Translations under genes and position numbers: made by a program | Source: Octopus bimaculoides | Taxonomy: Eukaryota | Direction of reading: 5' to 3' | Assembly (NCBI RefSeq): GCF_001194135.2 | Contig: NC_068989.1 | Location: 29,954,079-30,000,057 of the forward strand | Length of the DNA stretch: 45,979 nt | Shown here: positions 11,927 through 23,906 of the stretch, piece after piece | Position numbering within the stretch: the first letter of the stretch is position 1 | How the letters are laid out: every line of letters begins with the position of its first letter | Notes under the pieces: generated by a model | What the model saw: only the letters and a program-made list of their open reading frames with translations | The model's database searches: none | Told to the model about the DNA's origin: nothing

Positions 11927-12309
11927 TGTAGGCACATTACCCCACTTGATAGCATGTCAAACAAGCTGGTCAGATATAAAGGGCATTACACAACATTAAG
12001 GTTCAGACATGTGACCTCATCTTTTCCTTTTTTCTACACTGACATGCAAGCTACGAGGATACAACTTGACTGCCTCTATCTTATGCCATAGGCCAGTTTG
12101 CAGATAGGAGCATAGCACAGAAGACCATGGCCCTTACACACCAACCATTTTGTTTATCATGCCATTGTGTATATACATGTGACCACAATAAACGTGTTTA
12201 AAGTTACAACCTTGCTTGTATGTGTTCTTCATCTGGGTTTACTACCAGTGAGATTACAGCCTTCTGAGAGTCATATTAGGTGGCTCAACGATGACCTACA
12301 CCATCTAAA
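11927..12309 (+). repeat. 5' LTR (383 bp)
   Basis: Starts TGTAGG after CACT. Contains TATAAA and AATAAA (12187). About 13 mismatches in 238 aligned bp against the 3' LTR. Confidence 0.9.
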
Positions 12310-12310
12310 A

Positions 12311-12328
12311 TGGTGACCTGATGTGAAC
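12311..12328 (+). promoter_or_regulatory. Primer-binding site, tRNA-Trp-like
   Basis: tggtgacctgatgtgaac resembles TGGTGACCCCGACGTGAT, the complement of the tRNA-Trp 3' end (recalled). Confidence 0.65.
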
Positions 12329-13637
12329 ATATTCATCTAAAATGGTGAAAACTGGGTGAATACAGACCAGTGAATATGTATTCCCTTTTCTCCTTCACGA
12401 CTTTGGCTATGCAACCAAATTGCCGCTCATCATATAAGAACACCACTAATGTCTCTCATCATCATATTGTCGTCTTCACCAGGAAAATTCTGGCGTCATT
12501 TTCAAGCAGGAAACTGCAAATCGTTTTTCCTTGGGTTGTAACTGAAAATACTTTGTCATTTGAAGACACAGCATCCCAGAGAATTTTGTTCTTGCTTGTA
12601 AAAAAAGGAAAACAAAATTGACTGGAGTTTTCTCCAGAATTCACAGGGACAGAAAATTTTCCTACATGCCAGGTATGAGTTTCTTTCTCTCAACCACCTG
12701 GATTATCCATGTGTTAGCCATAATTTGTTCCTTATAAACTAGCAAAGATTTCTATTTTCATCCACTTTTATTGAAAAAAAATTTCCTAGTTCGCTGCTCA
12801 TCATGTCTTCTTTTAACTAGGGTGTTTTGACTCTTCAACCATTTGTTCTTCGTGCTGTTCTGTTTTCCTATTATCATCCCAGATGAGTCATTTTCTTTTA
12901 CCTCAATATCATGGAGATGCTAAGATGTGGTTTTCACAACTGGAATCATTCTTCATTTCTTCTAACATTCAGTCGGCTCCACATCACTCTTACTAGCATT
13001 CCTCCGTCCCTCACGCTTTCAGTGCGAGATATGATAACAGGAACCCCATTAGACATGACTTACGAAACCTTCAAAGCTGAGGTTCTCCAGTGTAACTCTC
13101 CCTCGGCTGAGAGTAAATTTCGCACACTCTTGCAGGATGAGCATCTTGAGAGCCGAACCCCCACCTGTTTTTGCGACGAATCCGAGAGTTGTTTGATAGC
13201 TCATATGAGGGACAGGCATTTGTCAAACAAGTATTTTTCTCGAGGATGCCTTTTAATGTCTAGTTGATTTTAGCTCCTATGATGGAACATACGGCCCTTG
13301 AACAACTTGCCACCTCCACAGACAAGATTATGGAATTTTCTGGCACACCATCATCTGCAGATAACCTTGTCGCTTCTTCATCTTCCTCTCGAGATTCTAC
13401 TTCTTCTGCTCCGGTCGACATGCAATCTTCTGAAATCTTGTGGGTTATCGCAGAACTGACCTGTCAGGTTTCACGCATATGTAGGAACTGTTTGCCTTCA
13501 AGGGATCATTCCGTAGGAATAACCAGGTGCCACTCCTCACGCACATGCGCACTTCCTGCTTCCTCAGTCTGCTGGTACCACAGGAGGTTCAAGAACCAAG
13601 CCAAGAAATGTACACAGCCCTGCTCCTACTCTTCTCA

Positions 13638-13679
13638 GGGAAACTAGACAGGGAGACACTGGGCACGTCAGTCATCTCC
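13638..13679 (+). promoter_or_regulatory. gag-pol -1 ribosomal frameshift signal
   Basis: Slippery heptamer G GGA AAC immediately before the gag TAG. The -1 frame continues GKLDRE... into the protease. A hairpin starts after a 7-nt spacer. Confidence 0.7.
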
Positions 13680-16600
13680 TCCATTGATTTACCCTATCGT
13701 GCGTTCTTTATCAGAGATGCCAATTCTTCAAAGTCCTTTATGGTGGATATGGGTGCCAGCTTAAGTATTTGGTTTCGACGGTTTACCTCTACCAATCCTG
13801 GTCTTTCGAATCTCTCTCTCTATGCTGTGAGTCACTCCGCCATCAAGACCTATGGACAAATATCCCTCACCCTGGATTTATCACTCCGTAGGGATTTCTA
13901 GTGGATCTTTGTCATTGTGGACCTGCCCTATCCCATTCTTGGAGCTGATTTCTTACATCACTATTCTCTCATTATGGACATTAGAGGATGCCAACTCATT
14001 GATAACACAACTTCACTCACTGTCCCTGGAAAGGATTCTTCTGTCCCCGTCGTGAGCCCTTCTCAACAGCTACTCACTTTGTTTCTAGAATTGACTGATT
14101 TGTCATTTCATCCGTCGAATCCAGCCCATTCCATGAGACATTTCATCCCGACCATGCCGTTTGTCTCCAGAGAAACTCTCGATCGCCTGGACTGAATTCG
14201 AGCACATGCTCCAGCTGGGCCTCATTTGTTCCTCCATGAGACCTTGGGCTGCACCTCTACATATGGCCAGGAAGAATGATGCTGATTTCTGACCGGTTGG
14301 AGATTTTAGATGTCTTACACCGTCACTGTTGCAGATCGCTATCCCCTCCCTAATGTTCAGGATTTTTCATTTGCCCTGCATGGCTGTAAGATTTTTTCTA
14401 AGATTGACTTGGTACGTGCGTACCATCAAATCCCCGTCAACCCCGATGACATTCCAAAGACAGCTGTCACCACACCTTTTGGAGCATTTGAAATCTTGTC
14501 TATGCCGTTTGGACTTCGTAATGCGGCCAGCATGTTCCAAAGGTTCATTGATGAGGTTGTTTGTGGGTTAGATTTTGTCTTTGTGTACGTTGATGACCTT
14601 TTAGTCGCGAGTGGTACTCCAGACCAACACCTCCAACATTTGACTCAGCTGTTCAAGTGCCTACATTCCTATGATGTGAAGATCAACCTGGCTAAGTGTA
14701 TCTTTGGTTCTACCAGTTTGGAATTCTTGGGGCATCTCATTGACACTGATGGTATTCATCTGCTTCCCTCTAAAGTGGAAGCCATCAAACGCTTGTCTCC
14801 TCCTGTTTCCTTAAAACAACTCAGAAATTTTATTGTAAACCAATAAAATTATTAATTATTATTGTCACTTCATTCCTAAATGTGCAGAGAAGTTGCTTCC
14901 CTTGACCTAGCACTTGAAAGATCAACGAAAGAAAGCTGCACAGATAACGCTGTCTTCTACAGCCATCCAAGCTTTTGAATCTGTCAAAGCTGACCTTGTT
15001 CAAGCATCCTTCCTCACTCATCCTATTCTGGATTCAAAATTATCATTTACTATAGGGGCAGTTTTAGAGCAATCCGTAAACAGCTGAAGCCAGCCATTAA
15101 GCCATTTTCTCACACCAGCTGAAAAATGCAGAAATGGGATATAGTATATTTGGTAAAGAACTCTTAGCAATTTACCTGGCGGTGAAGCATTTCTCTTATC
15201 TTCTTGAAGGTAGAGACTTCATGATTTTCGCCAACCACAAACTACTAACATTCGCTCTCTGCAAAAACGGACCAGTACTCACCACGAGAAACAAGGCAAT
15301 TTGATTATATATCACAGTTCACTAGTGACATTCACCACATCGCTGGCACTGACAACATCCTCACTGACGCCTTATCTCACCTGCCTATCAGTGCATTGTC
15401 GTCTCCTGCTTCGATTGATTTGGTTGCTATGGCTACTGATCAACCCTCCTTGGACTCTCTGGACGTCTCTTCACCACAGTTTTCCTGCTGCAAGTTTGAA
15501 CATCTGCCTCTGCCTTTTTCTGAAGGAACCATTCTCTGCGATGTTTCTACTGGGTCACCACGACCCCTTCTTCCTGAATGTCACCGTCATGCTGTTTTTG
15601 AAGCACTGCATTCACTGTCACACCCCAGCATTGTGGCCACAGTAAAGCTTATCTTGGCCGGTTTTTTCTGGCCAAATATGTGACGGTCTATTACTGCTTG
15701 GTCATGTGCCTGTCTACCATGTCAGCGTTCCAAGGTGCATCGTCATGTGAGAGCACCTTTTGGACACATCCAGCCACTGGACACCAGGTTCCATCACATA
15801 CACATTGACCTGGTTGGTCCTTGGCTGGTCAGTTGCAGATTTACTTATATATTGACCTGCATCAATCTTTTCTCCAGATGGCCTGAAGCCATCCCTCTTG
15901 TGGACATTTCCATGGAATCTGTCGCCAGATCACTCATCTTTGAGTGGATATCTCGCTTCAGAGTACCCTCTAAAATTGCTACTGATCATGGATGCCAATT
16001 TGAAGCTTGTCTGTTTTATGAGCTTTTGAGATTGCTTGGAGTTCAGCACATCCACACCACCAATTACCTTCCCGCCGCGAACCATATGGCGGAAAGATTC
16101 CACCAACAGCTCAGCTGCTATTTGCAGGGCTCCTGACCCTCATCATTGGTCCGAGTTTCTCCACATTGTTCTGCTAGGGTGCCGCTCAGCTGTCAAGGAG
16201 GACTTAGGATACTCTTCTGCTGAGCTCCTATATGGCACCATCTTAGCGCTTCCTGGACAAATGTTGGCGCCCGTCAACTTACCGAATGTGGACTCCACAT
16301 CTTACGTCATGCAACTCAGGTTATTCTTTGCTGACCTGCCACTGATGCTTCCTTATGACCAGTCTGTTTCCTCTGCAGTACCCCTGGATATTTCTACCTG
16401 GACTCACGTGTTTGTAAGAAATGATGCCGTCAAGGGACCACTTACACCTCCCTAAACTGGATCTTATTGCATTCTTAAAATCACAACAAAACTGTTCCCT
16501 GTGGACATTCACAGAAAAAAAGAGACTGTTTCTATTGACAGAGTAAAAAAAGCCTTTTCCAAAACATTTATGCCACTTGCTGACACACCCATCATTTGAC

Positions 16601-16948
16601 AAACACTGCCACCCCTACCCCCATAAGCACTACCTCCAATCACCAAAACACCAACTACACAAACACATTCTTCACCTTACAGACATGTTCTGGCAGATCC
16701 TTTGCCTCGCCAGTTACTGTTCCAGAGAATAGACTTATCCTGCTAGAGACACTGCATTCACATTTTCTCTCTTTCTGTATCATTGTTCATATATGCTTTG
16801 TTCTACTTGATTGGACACCTTTCTTTGTTGAACATTTTTCCTTGTATTACAATACAATTGTTCATACAACTGTTTTTGCCATGGTTCATTCTTCTGTGCC
16901 CTCCTAGTACACTCTGCCTACACTACTATTAATTGACTGCTTCTGGTC

Positions 16949-16962
16949 TAAGAGGGGGCCTC
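16949..16962 (+). promoter_or_regulatory. Polypurine tract
   Basis: taagagggggcctc immediately before the 3' LTR. Confidence 0.75.
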
Positions 16963-17200
16963 TGTAGGTGCATTACCCCACTTAACAGCGGGTCAAACAA
17001 GCTAGTCAGATATAAAGGGCATTACACAACATTAAGGTTCAGACACGTGACCTCATCTTTTCCTTTTTTCTACACCGACATGCAAGCTACGAGGATGCAA
17101 CTTGACTGCCTCTATCTTATGCCATAGGTCAGTTTGCAGAGAGATTACAGCCTTCTGAGAGTCAAATTAGGTGGCTCAACGATGACCTATACCATCTAAA
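16963..17200 (+). repeat. 3' LTR (238 bp, with a 145-bp internal deletion)
   Basis: Aligns to the 5' LTR except for 12105-12249. Followed by the TSD CACT. Confidence 0.9.
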
Positions 17201-17326
17201 CACTGTAAATAGGATAGTTTTTTCCAGTGTTTAGAAATAGATAAGTGGTTTTGTGTGCTTCACTAAATAACTTCCCCTTTCTTGAGAAATGTAATTTATG
17301 TTAATTAGTTTTATACTTTATGTACT

Positions 17327-17446
17327 TAAGAGAGTGGTGGATGAGACAACTGTATCATTGATGAATTTCATAGTTGTCATTCAGCCCATCAGCTTCCTCT
17401 CTGTCAGTCACTCTCACTAACTGATTTTTCCTTGTAAACTGCTAGT
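17327..17446 (-). repeat. Dispersed repeat, inverted partner of 10606-10760
   Basis: Direct reverse-complement alignment by eye. Confidence 0.85.
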
Positions 17447-17554
17447 TATAGTAGTTGTTTCTAAATTGAGTCAGTATTTAAAACCTGTCTTAAGATTGAG
17501 TGCAACACCTTAACCATTAAGCCCCCCCCCCCACGCACACACACACATGCAAAT

Positions 17555-20336
17555 TTTCATAGGGGATTAGATTACACTGAGGGTTATAGTAGAGGGTCAC
17601 AAGCCCCACTGCTATAAGTGTGGTGAGAAGGGACACATCAGGGCTGAATGCTCACCTCCAGCCACACATCCTCCACACTCTAACCTTCCACACGAAAAAC
17701 AACAAAAAAGAATGAACAGCTACACCCAAGGAAGGAGCTGGAGAGAGTAGCTGAGAAACAACCCACCACCACTCAACCAACCACCACTCAACAAACCACT
17801 ACCCAACCAACCACCACCCAACCTACCACCACAGAACAAGACTGGCAAAATGTAGTCCCCCCAAAAAGCAGTAAGAGGAAAAATTATCTCCCACCCCCCA
17901 CAACCACTCAAAACAATAATAAATTTAGCCGCAATAAATGTGAATAACACTGAACTCAGAAAAAATTCAACAAATCCCACATGCCAAACCGTACAACAAA
18001 CATCAAACAATCCCAACATTCCATCAAATGTAAAAATTTTTTACTTGGACAATATAACATATAGCAAATTGAAAACTAAATACCCTGAAGACATTGCCAC
18101 CCCTCAAACCACATCACATAACACTATGGAGGAGGAAGGAGTACATGCACCCCTCCTCAAAGAATAAAAAAAAGAAAAGAAAGGAAAAGAAACTAGAAGG
18201 TTAGTAAACTTTTTCTTATGTTCTTGCTCAATGAAGGTTGTATAAATGTATGTGGCCTGGGTCGGAGTGGAAGCAAAGCTGCCTCCTTGAAGACCTCAGG
18301 TCACATAGATTGGATTTAGTAGTCACTACTGAAGCCAGACTGAGTGAATTGCAGGCGTTTTCCCCCCTCCTAAATGGCTATGAGAAATTTATTTCTCCAA
18401 GCAAACCTGGGGTGGTGAGTCACAGTTCTACTCAGGAAAAGGACCCAAGCAATTGATAACTGTAATTGATGTAATTGATAACTTTTGGCCCATCACTCTG
18501 CTTAACGCAGAGCTGAAGATTTTGGCCAAGGTGTTAGCTAAAAGGTTGGCATGGGTTTTAGGTAAACTTGGGGAGGTGCAAACCTGTGCCATCACTGGCC
18601 AGTCCATTCACCACAATCTCTATCTTACATGCTACGCCTTAGAATTCCTGGTGAGGGTGAAACTGTGGTCCATTTAGATCAATACCTGGCAGCAGTCTTT
18701 GAGACTGCCAGGTTTGGCCTGATCTTCCATGAGTGGATCTCTGCTTTATACAGCAACATCAATTCGATCATTCAGGTGAGTAGTTTCTTTTTGGAACCAT
18801 TCAGCATTTGGTACGTCAAGGGTGTCCTCTCTCCCCACTTTTGTATGTTTTGGCCCTCAAGCCATTGCTGAAGTTGGAGGCTATGAGAAGCATTCTGCGA
18901 GATCTAGGGTGTGGAAAATTGGTTTTGGCATATGCGGACAACATCACCGTCATCGTATCCTGGGTCGAATACTTACAGTGGGTAGGTAGGGCCATAAGGG
19001 ATTACGAAGTGGTGACAAGAGCAAAAATTAACTGGGATAAGTCAGTCAGCTTGCAACTTGCATTTGGAGGGGCTAGTCAATCCCGCCCAACAACATTGTG
19101 TGACGTTGGACAGACGGACCGGTGAAAATGCTATGAGTCTGGTTTGGTCCAGACCTCCAGATAGAGAACTAGAGCTAGGTGGCGATCAGGGTGGTCTGAG
19201 CAGAAGTTACCCCTGAAAGGGAAGGCGGATGTTGCAGGTGTGTTTATCGCATCTGTAATTACCTACCACTTGACCGTTGTGCCTTGCCCAGATTAATGGC
19301 TGAACAAGTTGGAATGCATGCTCTTTTGCTTTTTGTGGAGGAGCAGGGGACCTCTTGTAAGGCACTCTATTTGCTGCCAACAATCACTCAAGGGTGCCAT
19401 AGCTAAAAATGTGCAGGCATGTGCTGGTGCTGAGTCATCTCTGGCTCTACCTGGATGGTGAGCAGGTGCGGTCTCCAGTTGTCAGACTGTTGCTTCCACG
19501 GTTCACCTCTTTTAGTAAACTGAACCCATGAATTAAGCGTAGACCGAAGTTGGATGCTTGGCAAGCAGAGTGCCATCAGATGCTCCTCTCCCAGATGGGC
19601 AATGCCAGCAGTGGGGGTTCCACCTTGTTGTTTTATAGAGGCTTGGTGGAGTTCAAGTGTGATGACACCCTAGGAGAAACCCTGGGCTTTGATGACGGTC
19701 AACTTGCCAGCCTGTACCTGAGAACATTCGGGCCAGGGCCTATGGATAATTTCCAGAAGCCCCTGTTCTGCATGCAATTGTGCAGTGTCCGAAGATTTCG
19801 GAACTATGGGTTTATGTTGAGCAACTGCTGTCATGACTTGGAAGAGAACAACTGTCATCTGAGTCTATAATTAAGATTGTTCTGCTGACTTCTCTGAACA
19901 GAGAAGACCAGGCTTGTTTCCTCTGTGTAGTGGCTATTGCAAAGGAGGTAGTATGGAAGACACGAGTGAAAGGGATTGTCATGAGCATTTTCATCTCCAG
20001 CTTTGGGTTGGTTAGCTTTTTCCTTTTCCACCTGAAAAGGAAAATAAGGCTGGAGAGGAGATGCTTGTTACAAATTGCCTTCATGAAAAGATTGGAAGAT
20101 GCAAGCATGTTGAGAGTGAATGAACCTACTTGAGTGAGAACAAAAGGGAAAAAACCCAAGTTTCAGTGTTGGTATGTGGTGTGTGGGGTTGGCCTCACTC
20201 CATTCTGTTTTATTCCACTCGATTTTCATATTTTTCATTTATTTTTAACTACATGTTGTTAATCATTTGTTCCCCAACCCCTTGTCTGTTTTTGTAACGT
20301 CCTCTCTTTGTGCAGACCAACATGGTTAAATAAAAA
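17555..20336 (+). mobile_element. Degenerate L1/Tx1-clade LINE
   Basis: ORF1 zinc knuckle CYKCGEKGHIRAEC at 17610-17651. ORF2 has APE (DLVVTTEARL) and RT (WPITLLNAELKILAKVLAKRL, VRQGCPLSPLLY, AYADNIT). Ends near aataaaaa. Internally deleted. Confidence 0.85.
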
Positions 20337-20896
20337 TTCGGTTTTACTTTACCATTCCTACTTATTATTTGTATTATTTGTACTACTTATTATTTGTATT
20401 AATTTTTATATCTCATATTACTATACCACACACCACACACCACATGCCACCCTCACTCCCTTTCATGCATGCAAGCACACACACATGAACGCACACACAA
20501 CCCTCCAGACACACATGCACACACACATGCATGCACACACACACGAACACACATATGTCTCTCTACACACACAACCCTCCACACACACACAACCCTCCAC
20601 ACACACACAACCCTCCACACACACACCACACACATACATACACACACGTACATATACACCCATACATATATGCACACACACATGAACAAACATATACCTC
20701 CACACATACATGAATACACATACATACACGTGCACATACATGCCCACACATGCATACACACACATGCATGCACACACATAAATGCACAACCCTCCACACA
20801 CAACATGCATACAACACACAAATGCATGCACACACACATACACACATGTGCATACACTTCCACACTCATTCACACACACACACATCCCCACACAAA

Positions 20897-22156
20897 TCCA
20901 AATGTCTCATGTGCAAAATAAGAGAATGATTAGATTCCTTCAGAAATTTCTGGAAATTTTAAACCTTGTTCACATTTGCAGGCTTAACATTACCACTGTT
21001 TCAGTATTGTGCCAGCTTCCGAACATGGCACACCAGACTAAAGTTACTCCCGACTTCTGAAAAGAAATCGTCAGGATGAAAGTTTCAGGAATGATTCTCT
21101 CAGCTATTTCATGAGACTGTGGCTGGAATTTCTAAGAAAATAAAAGTAAATTATAATTTGAAAGTGAGCTGCTTTACAGTGTCTCATCGTCTGAAGGAAT
21201 CTGGATTAAAGACTTGTTCCCCGGCAATGAAACCTACCATCACAGCAAGAAGAACAAATTGGAAAGACTTTCATTTTCAGAATCTCATGTGAACTGGAGG
21301 GATGAAAATTGGTCAAAAGTTCATTTTAGCGATGAAAGCAAATTCAGTTTAGTAAGTTCAGATGGTAGACAATATGTTAGGTGCTTCACAGGAGATTGGC
21401 TAAAATCCAAGTGCCTGAAGAAATCTGCCAAGTTTGGAGGAGGAAGTGTCATGGTGTGGGGAATGATTTCTTCTGAAGGAGTTGGCCCTCTAGTGCAGAT
21501 TAAAGAGACTGTTACTGCTAATATCTTTTTAAACAGCATGTGATCCTATCATTACAAGTATTTCTGAATTAAATGTGTATTTTCATGCAAGATAGTGCCC
21601 CTTGTCATACTGCAAAGCGTGTCACTGGATTCTTTAGTGAACAAAATATCCAAGTAGCGAAGTGGTCAGCACAAAGTCCAGACTTAAATTCAATTGAAAA
21701 CCTTTGGAAGATACTTGGAGACAAAGTAACACAAAGAGCACCAACTACTATGATGAATTTATGGGAGATATTAGAAGAAGAATGGAAGAAAGTAACACCT
21801 GACTTGTGCAGGAAACTTGTTATGTCCTGTGGCAATTGATGTGCAGAGGTGATCTCCAACAACGGTCTACATCATAATAACTGTATTAAGTTCATATTTA
21901 CATTTCTTTCAATCATTATTATGGTTTTGAGTTGAAGCATTTTTTTGGTTTGATCATTCTCTTATTTTGCATGAGACATTTGGGTGAAACTATTATTAAC
22001 TGTTACTAACTTTTATTAAGTCCATTGTACAAACTTAGATATTCCCCAGAATTTAGCTAATGGTTAACTGTATTTACGAAACCAATTGCAAATTTGTGTT
22101 TACTAGCTTTTCTGAAATTTAATAAAATATTAATCATTCTCTTTTTTTGCTCGGTA
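20897..22156 (+). mobile_element. Tc1 transposon (DD34E), left end truncated
   Basis: FSDESKF, GGGSVMVWG and QDSAPCH...SPDLNSIE with 34 residues between D and E. Repeat gcaaaataagagaatgat at 20913 is inverted at 21953 and 22133. Confidence 0.9.
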
Positions 22157-22311
22157 TATGATTTTGCTATTTATGTTTGCGGGTGGAGTAGCATGACAGA
22201 TGTGTTATTTGTGTCCTGACATGATGTATGCTAGTGTAGTAACATGTATGTAATATGTGTGTGTGTTTATGTGTATGCATGTGAGAGTGCATGCACACGT
22301 GTGTGAGTTTA

Positions 22312-22356
<45 letters not shown>

Positions 22357-22639
22357 ATATATGTTTCTGTTATTTATGTATGTGGGTGTGATAGACATAT
22401 GCTGGTGTGGAAGATGTGTTATTTATGTATATGGCTGTCATGTAAGTGTAGTTATGTGAATGTATGCACATGAGTGTGTGTGTATGTAGGTTGCTTGTGT
22501 GTGTGTGTTGTGTGGGTGTGCGTATGTAGGTTGCTTGTGTGTGTGTTGTGTGGGTGCACATATGCGTTTACCTATGTGCATGTGTGAATGTGCATAGCAA
22601 GGTGTAGGTGGTGTAGATATTCTTTTGGCAGAGAAATGG

Positions 22640-23058
22640 GTGGATAAAGTGATCAAAGTAGTTAAGGTGTGTGATAGGATTATTATGCCTAAAGATAGTC
22701 TTGTTTAATATAACAATGACATCTCTGCATAGGCTCCACATGCAAGACTAACAAATAAACAGAAGGACCATTTCTATGAATTCCTTCTGCTGACCACCAT
22801 GATGACAAAAGACAACAACGTTATTCTTGTGGCTGGTGACTTCAATGGGCAGCACTCCAATGGATTTTATGGCATTCGTGGGCGTTACTACTTTGGTTCT
22901 GGAAATGAGGAAGGAACAAGACTGCTGGAGTTTTGTGATGCAAATGACTTGCTGATCTGCAATACTTGCTTCAGAAATCCATCAGAGATCCTACCAGCTA
23001 GTAATGTGGTGAGCACACAAGCCAGATTGACTACATGCTCTCCAGAAACAGGGACAAC
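22640..23058 (+). mobile_element. RTE LINE endonuclease fragment
   Basis: VILVAGDFNGQH...GNEEGTRLLEFCDANDLLICNTCF is a typical RTE AP-endonuclease segment. Confidence 0.8.
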
Positions 23059-23180
23059 AGATATATATATATATATATAATATTAGGGACAAAATCCAAA
23101 ATTACAGGTAAAAACTCAATTAAAATCAATTTATAAAAAATAAAAATTTAATTGAGCTTTACAGATTAAAATATATATAA

Positions 23181-23456
23181 ATATATAGTTTTAGGGAAAA
23201 GAACCAAGTTTCATGAACTCATCGATGAAAATCCACTATCACATATAGAAAAATTAATAATTAAAAGCACAATAAATGAGTATAATATAATACAAAGTAA
23301 ATATAAGATAAAGATAATATCTTTATCTCATGATATTTACTTTGTATTATATTATAGTCATTTATTGTGCTTTTAATTATTAATTTTTCTATATGTGATA
23401 GTGGATTTTCATCGATGAGTTCATGAAACTTGGTTCTTTTCCCTAAAACTATATAT
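23181..23456. repeat. Near-perfect foldback (124-bp arms) in a (TA)n context
   Basis: 23181-23304 is the reverse complement of 23333-23456 with 1 mismatch. The 28-bp spacer contains its own 10-bp hairpin. Confidence 0.95.
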
Positions 23457-23902
23457 ATATATATATTTGCTAAGCTGTAGTATTTTATTCAGAGTAGGCC
23501 CCTTTAAATGTATTGTGTTCAAAAACACAGTATACTAGACAAAACAAAATCATCCTAGTAGTGAAAGAAAATGAAAGGTCATTTCTGCTCTCAGGGTTAC
23601 ACACTCATTCACCACTGAATTGACCTGCCTGAGCTAGCTAGAGGTATATAAACAAAGTTTAAAAGCTATTTGCTGATGTGCATATATATTTCATAAGGAA
23701 AACAAAATTTGAATTTTTGTTTGAAGCAACTTAAATAATGTAAACATTATTAATATCACATACTTACATACTTAATGTTGTGAAGCTGTGGTGTTTCATC
23801 CAGGATAGACATCAAAAACACAATATAACCTCAAGGTAGGCAAAACAAACACTTCTGGGACAGTTTTGTTCTGTCTAGCTTAATAAATTTAGGTCTGTTG
23901 TG

Positions 23903-23906
<4 letters not shown>

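Larger units (their letters stand above)
11927..17200 (+). mobile_element. Full-length degenerate Ty3/Gypsy LTR retrotransposon
   Basis: Two LTRs and a 4-bp TSD CACT. Contains gag (CWYHRRF...AKKCTQPC), protease (FMVDMGAS), RT ([26 protein letters not shown]), RNase H, integrase (HHCC, IHIDLVGP) and a GPY/F-like tail. Gene order is Gypsy-type. Many stops and frameshifts. Confidence 0.95.

Noticed and set aside
23412-23432. TCGATGAG-TTCAT-GAAAC resembling a minimal hammerhead ribozyme core in the foldback arm
   Set aside because: The core deviates from CUGANGA, and no helix I partner follows the putative GUH site.
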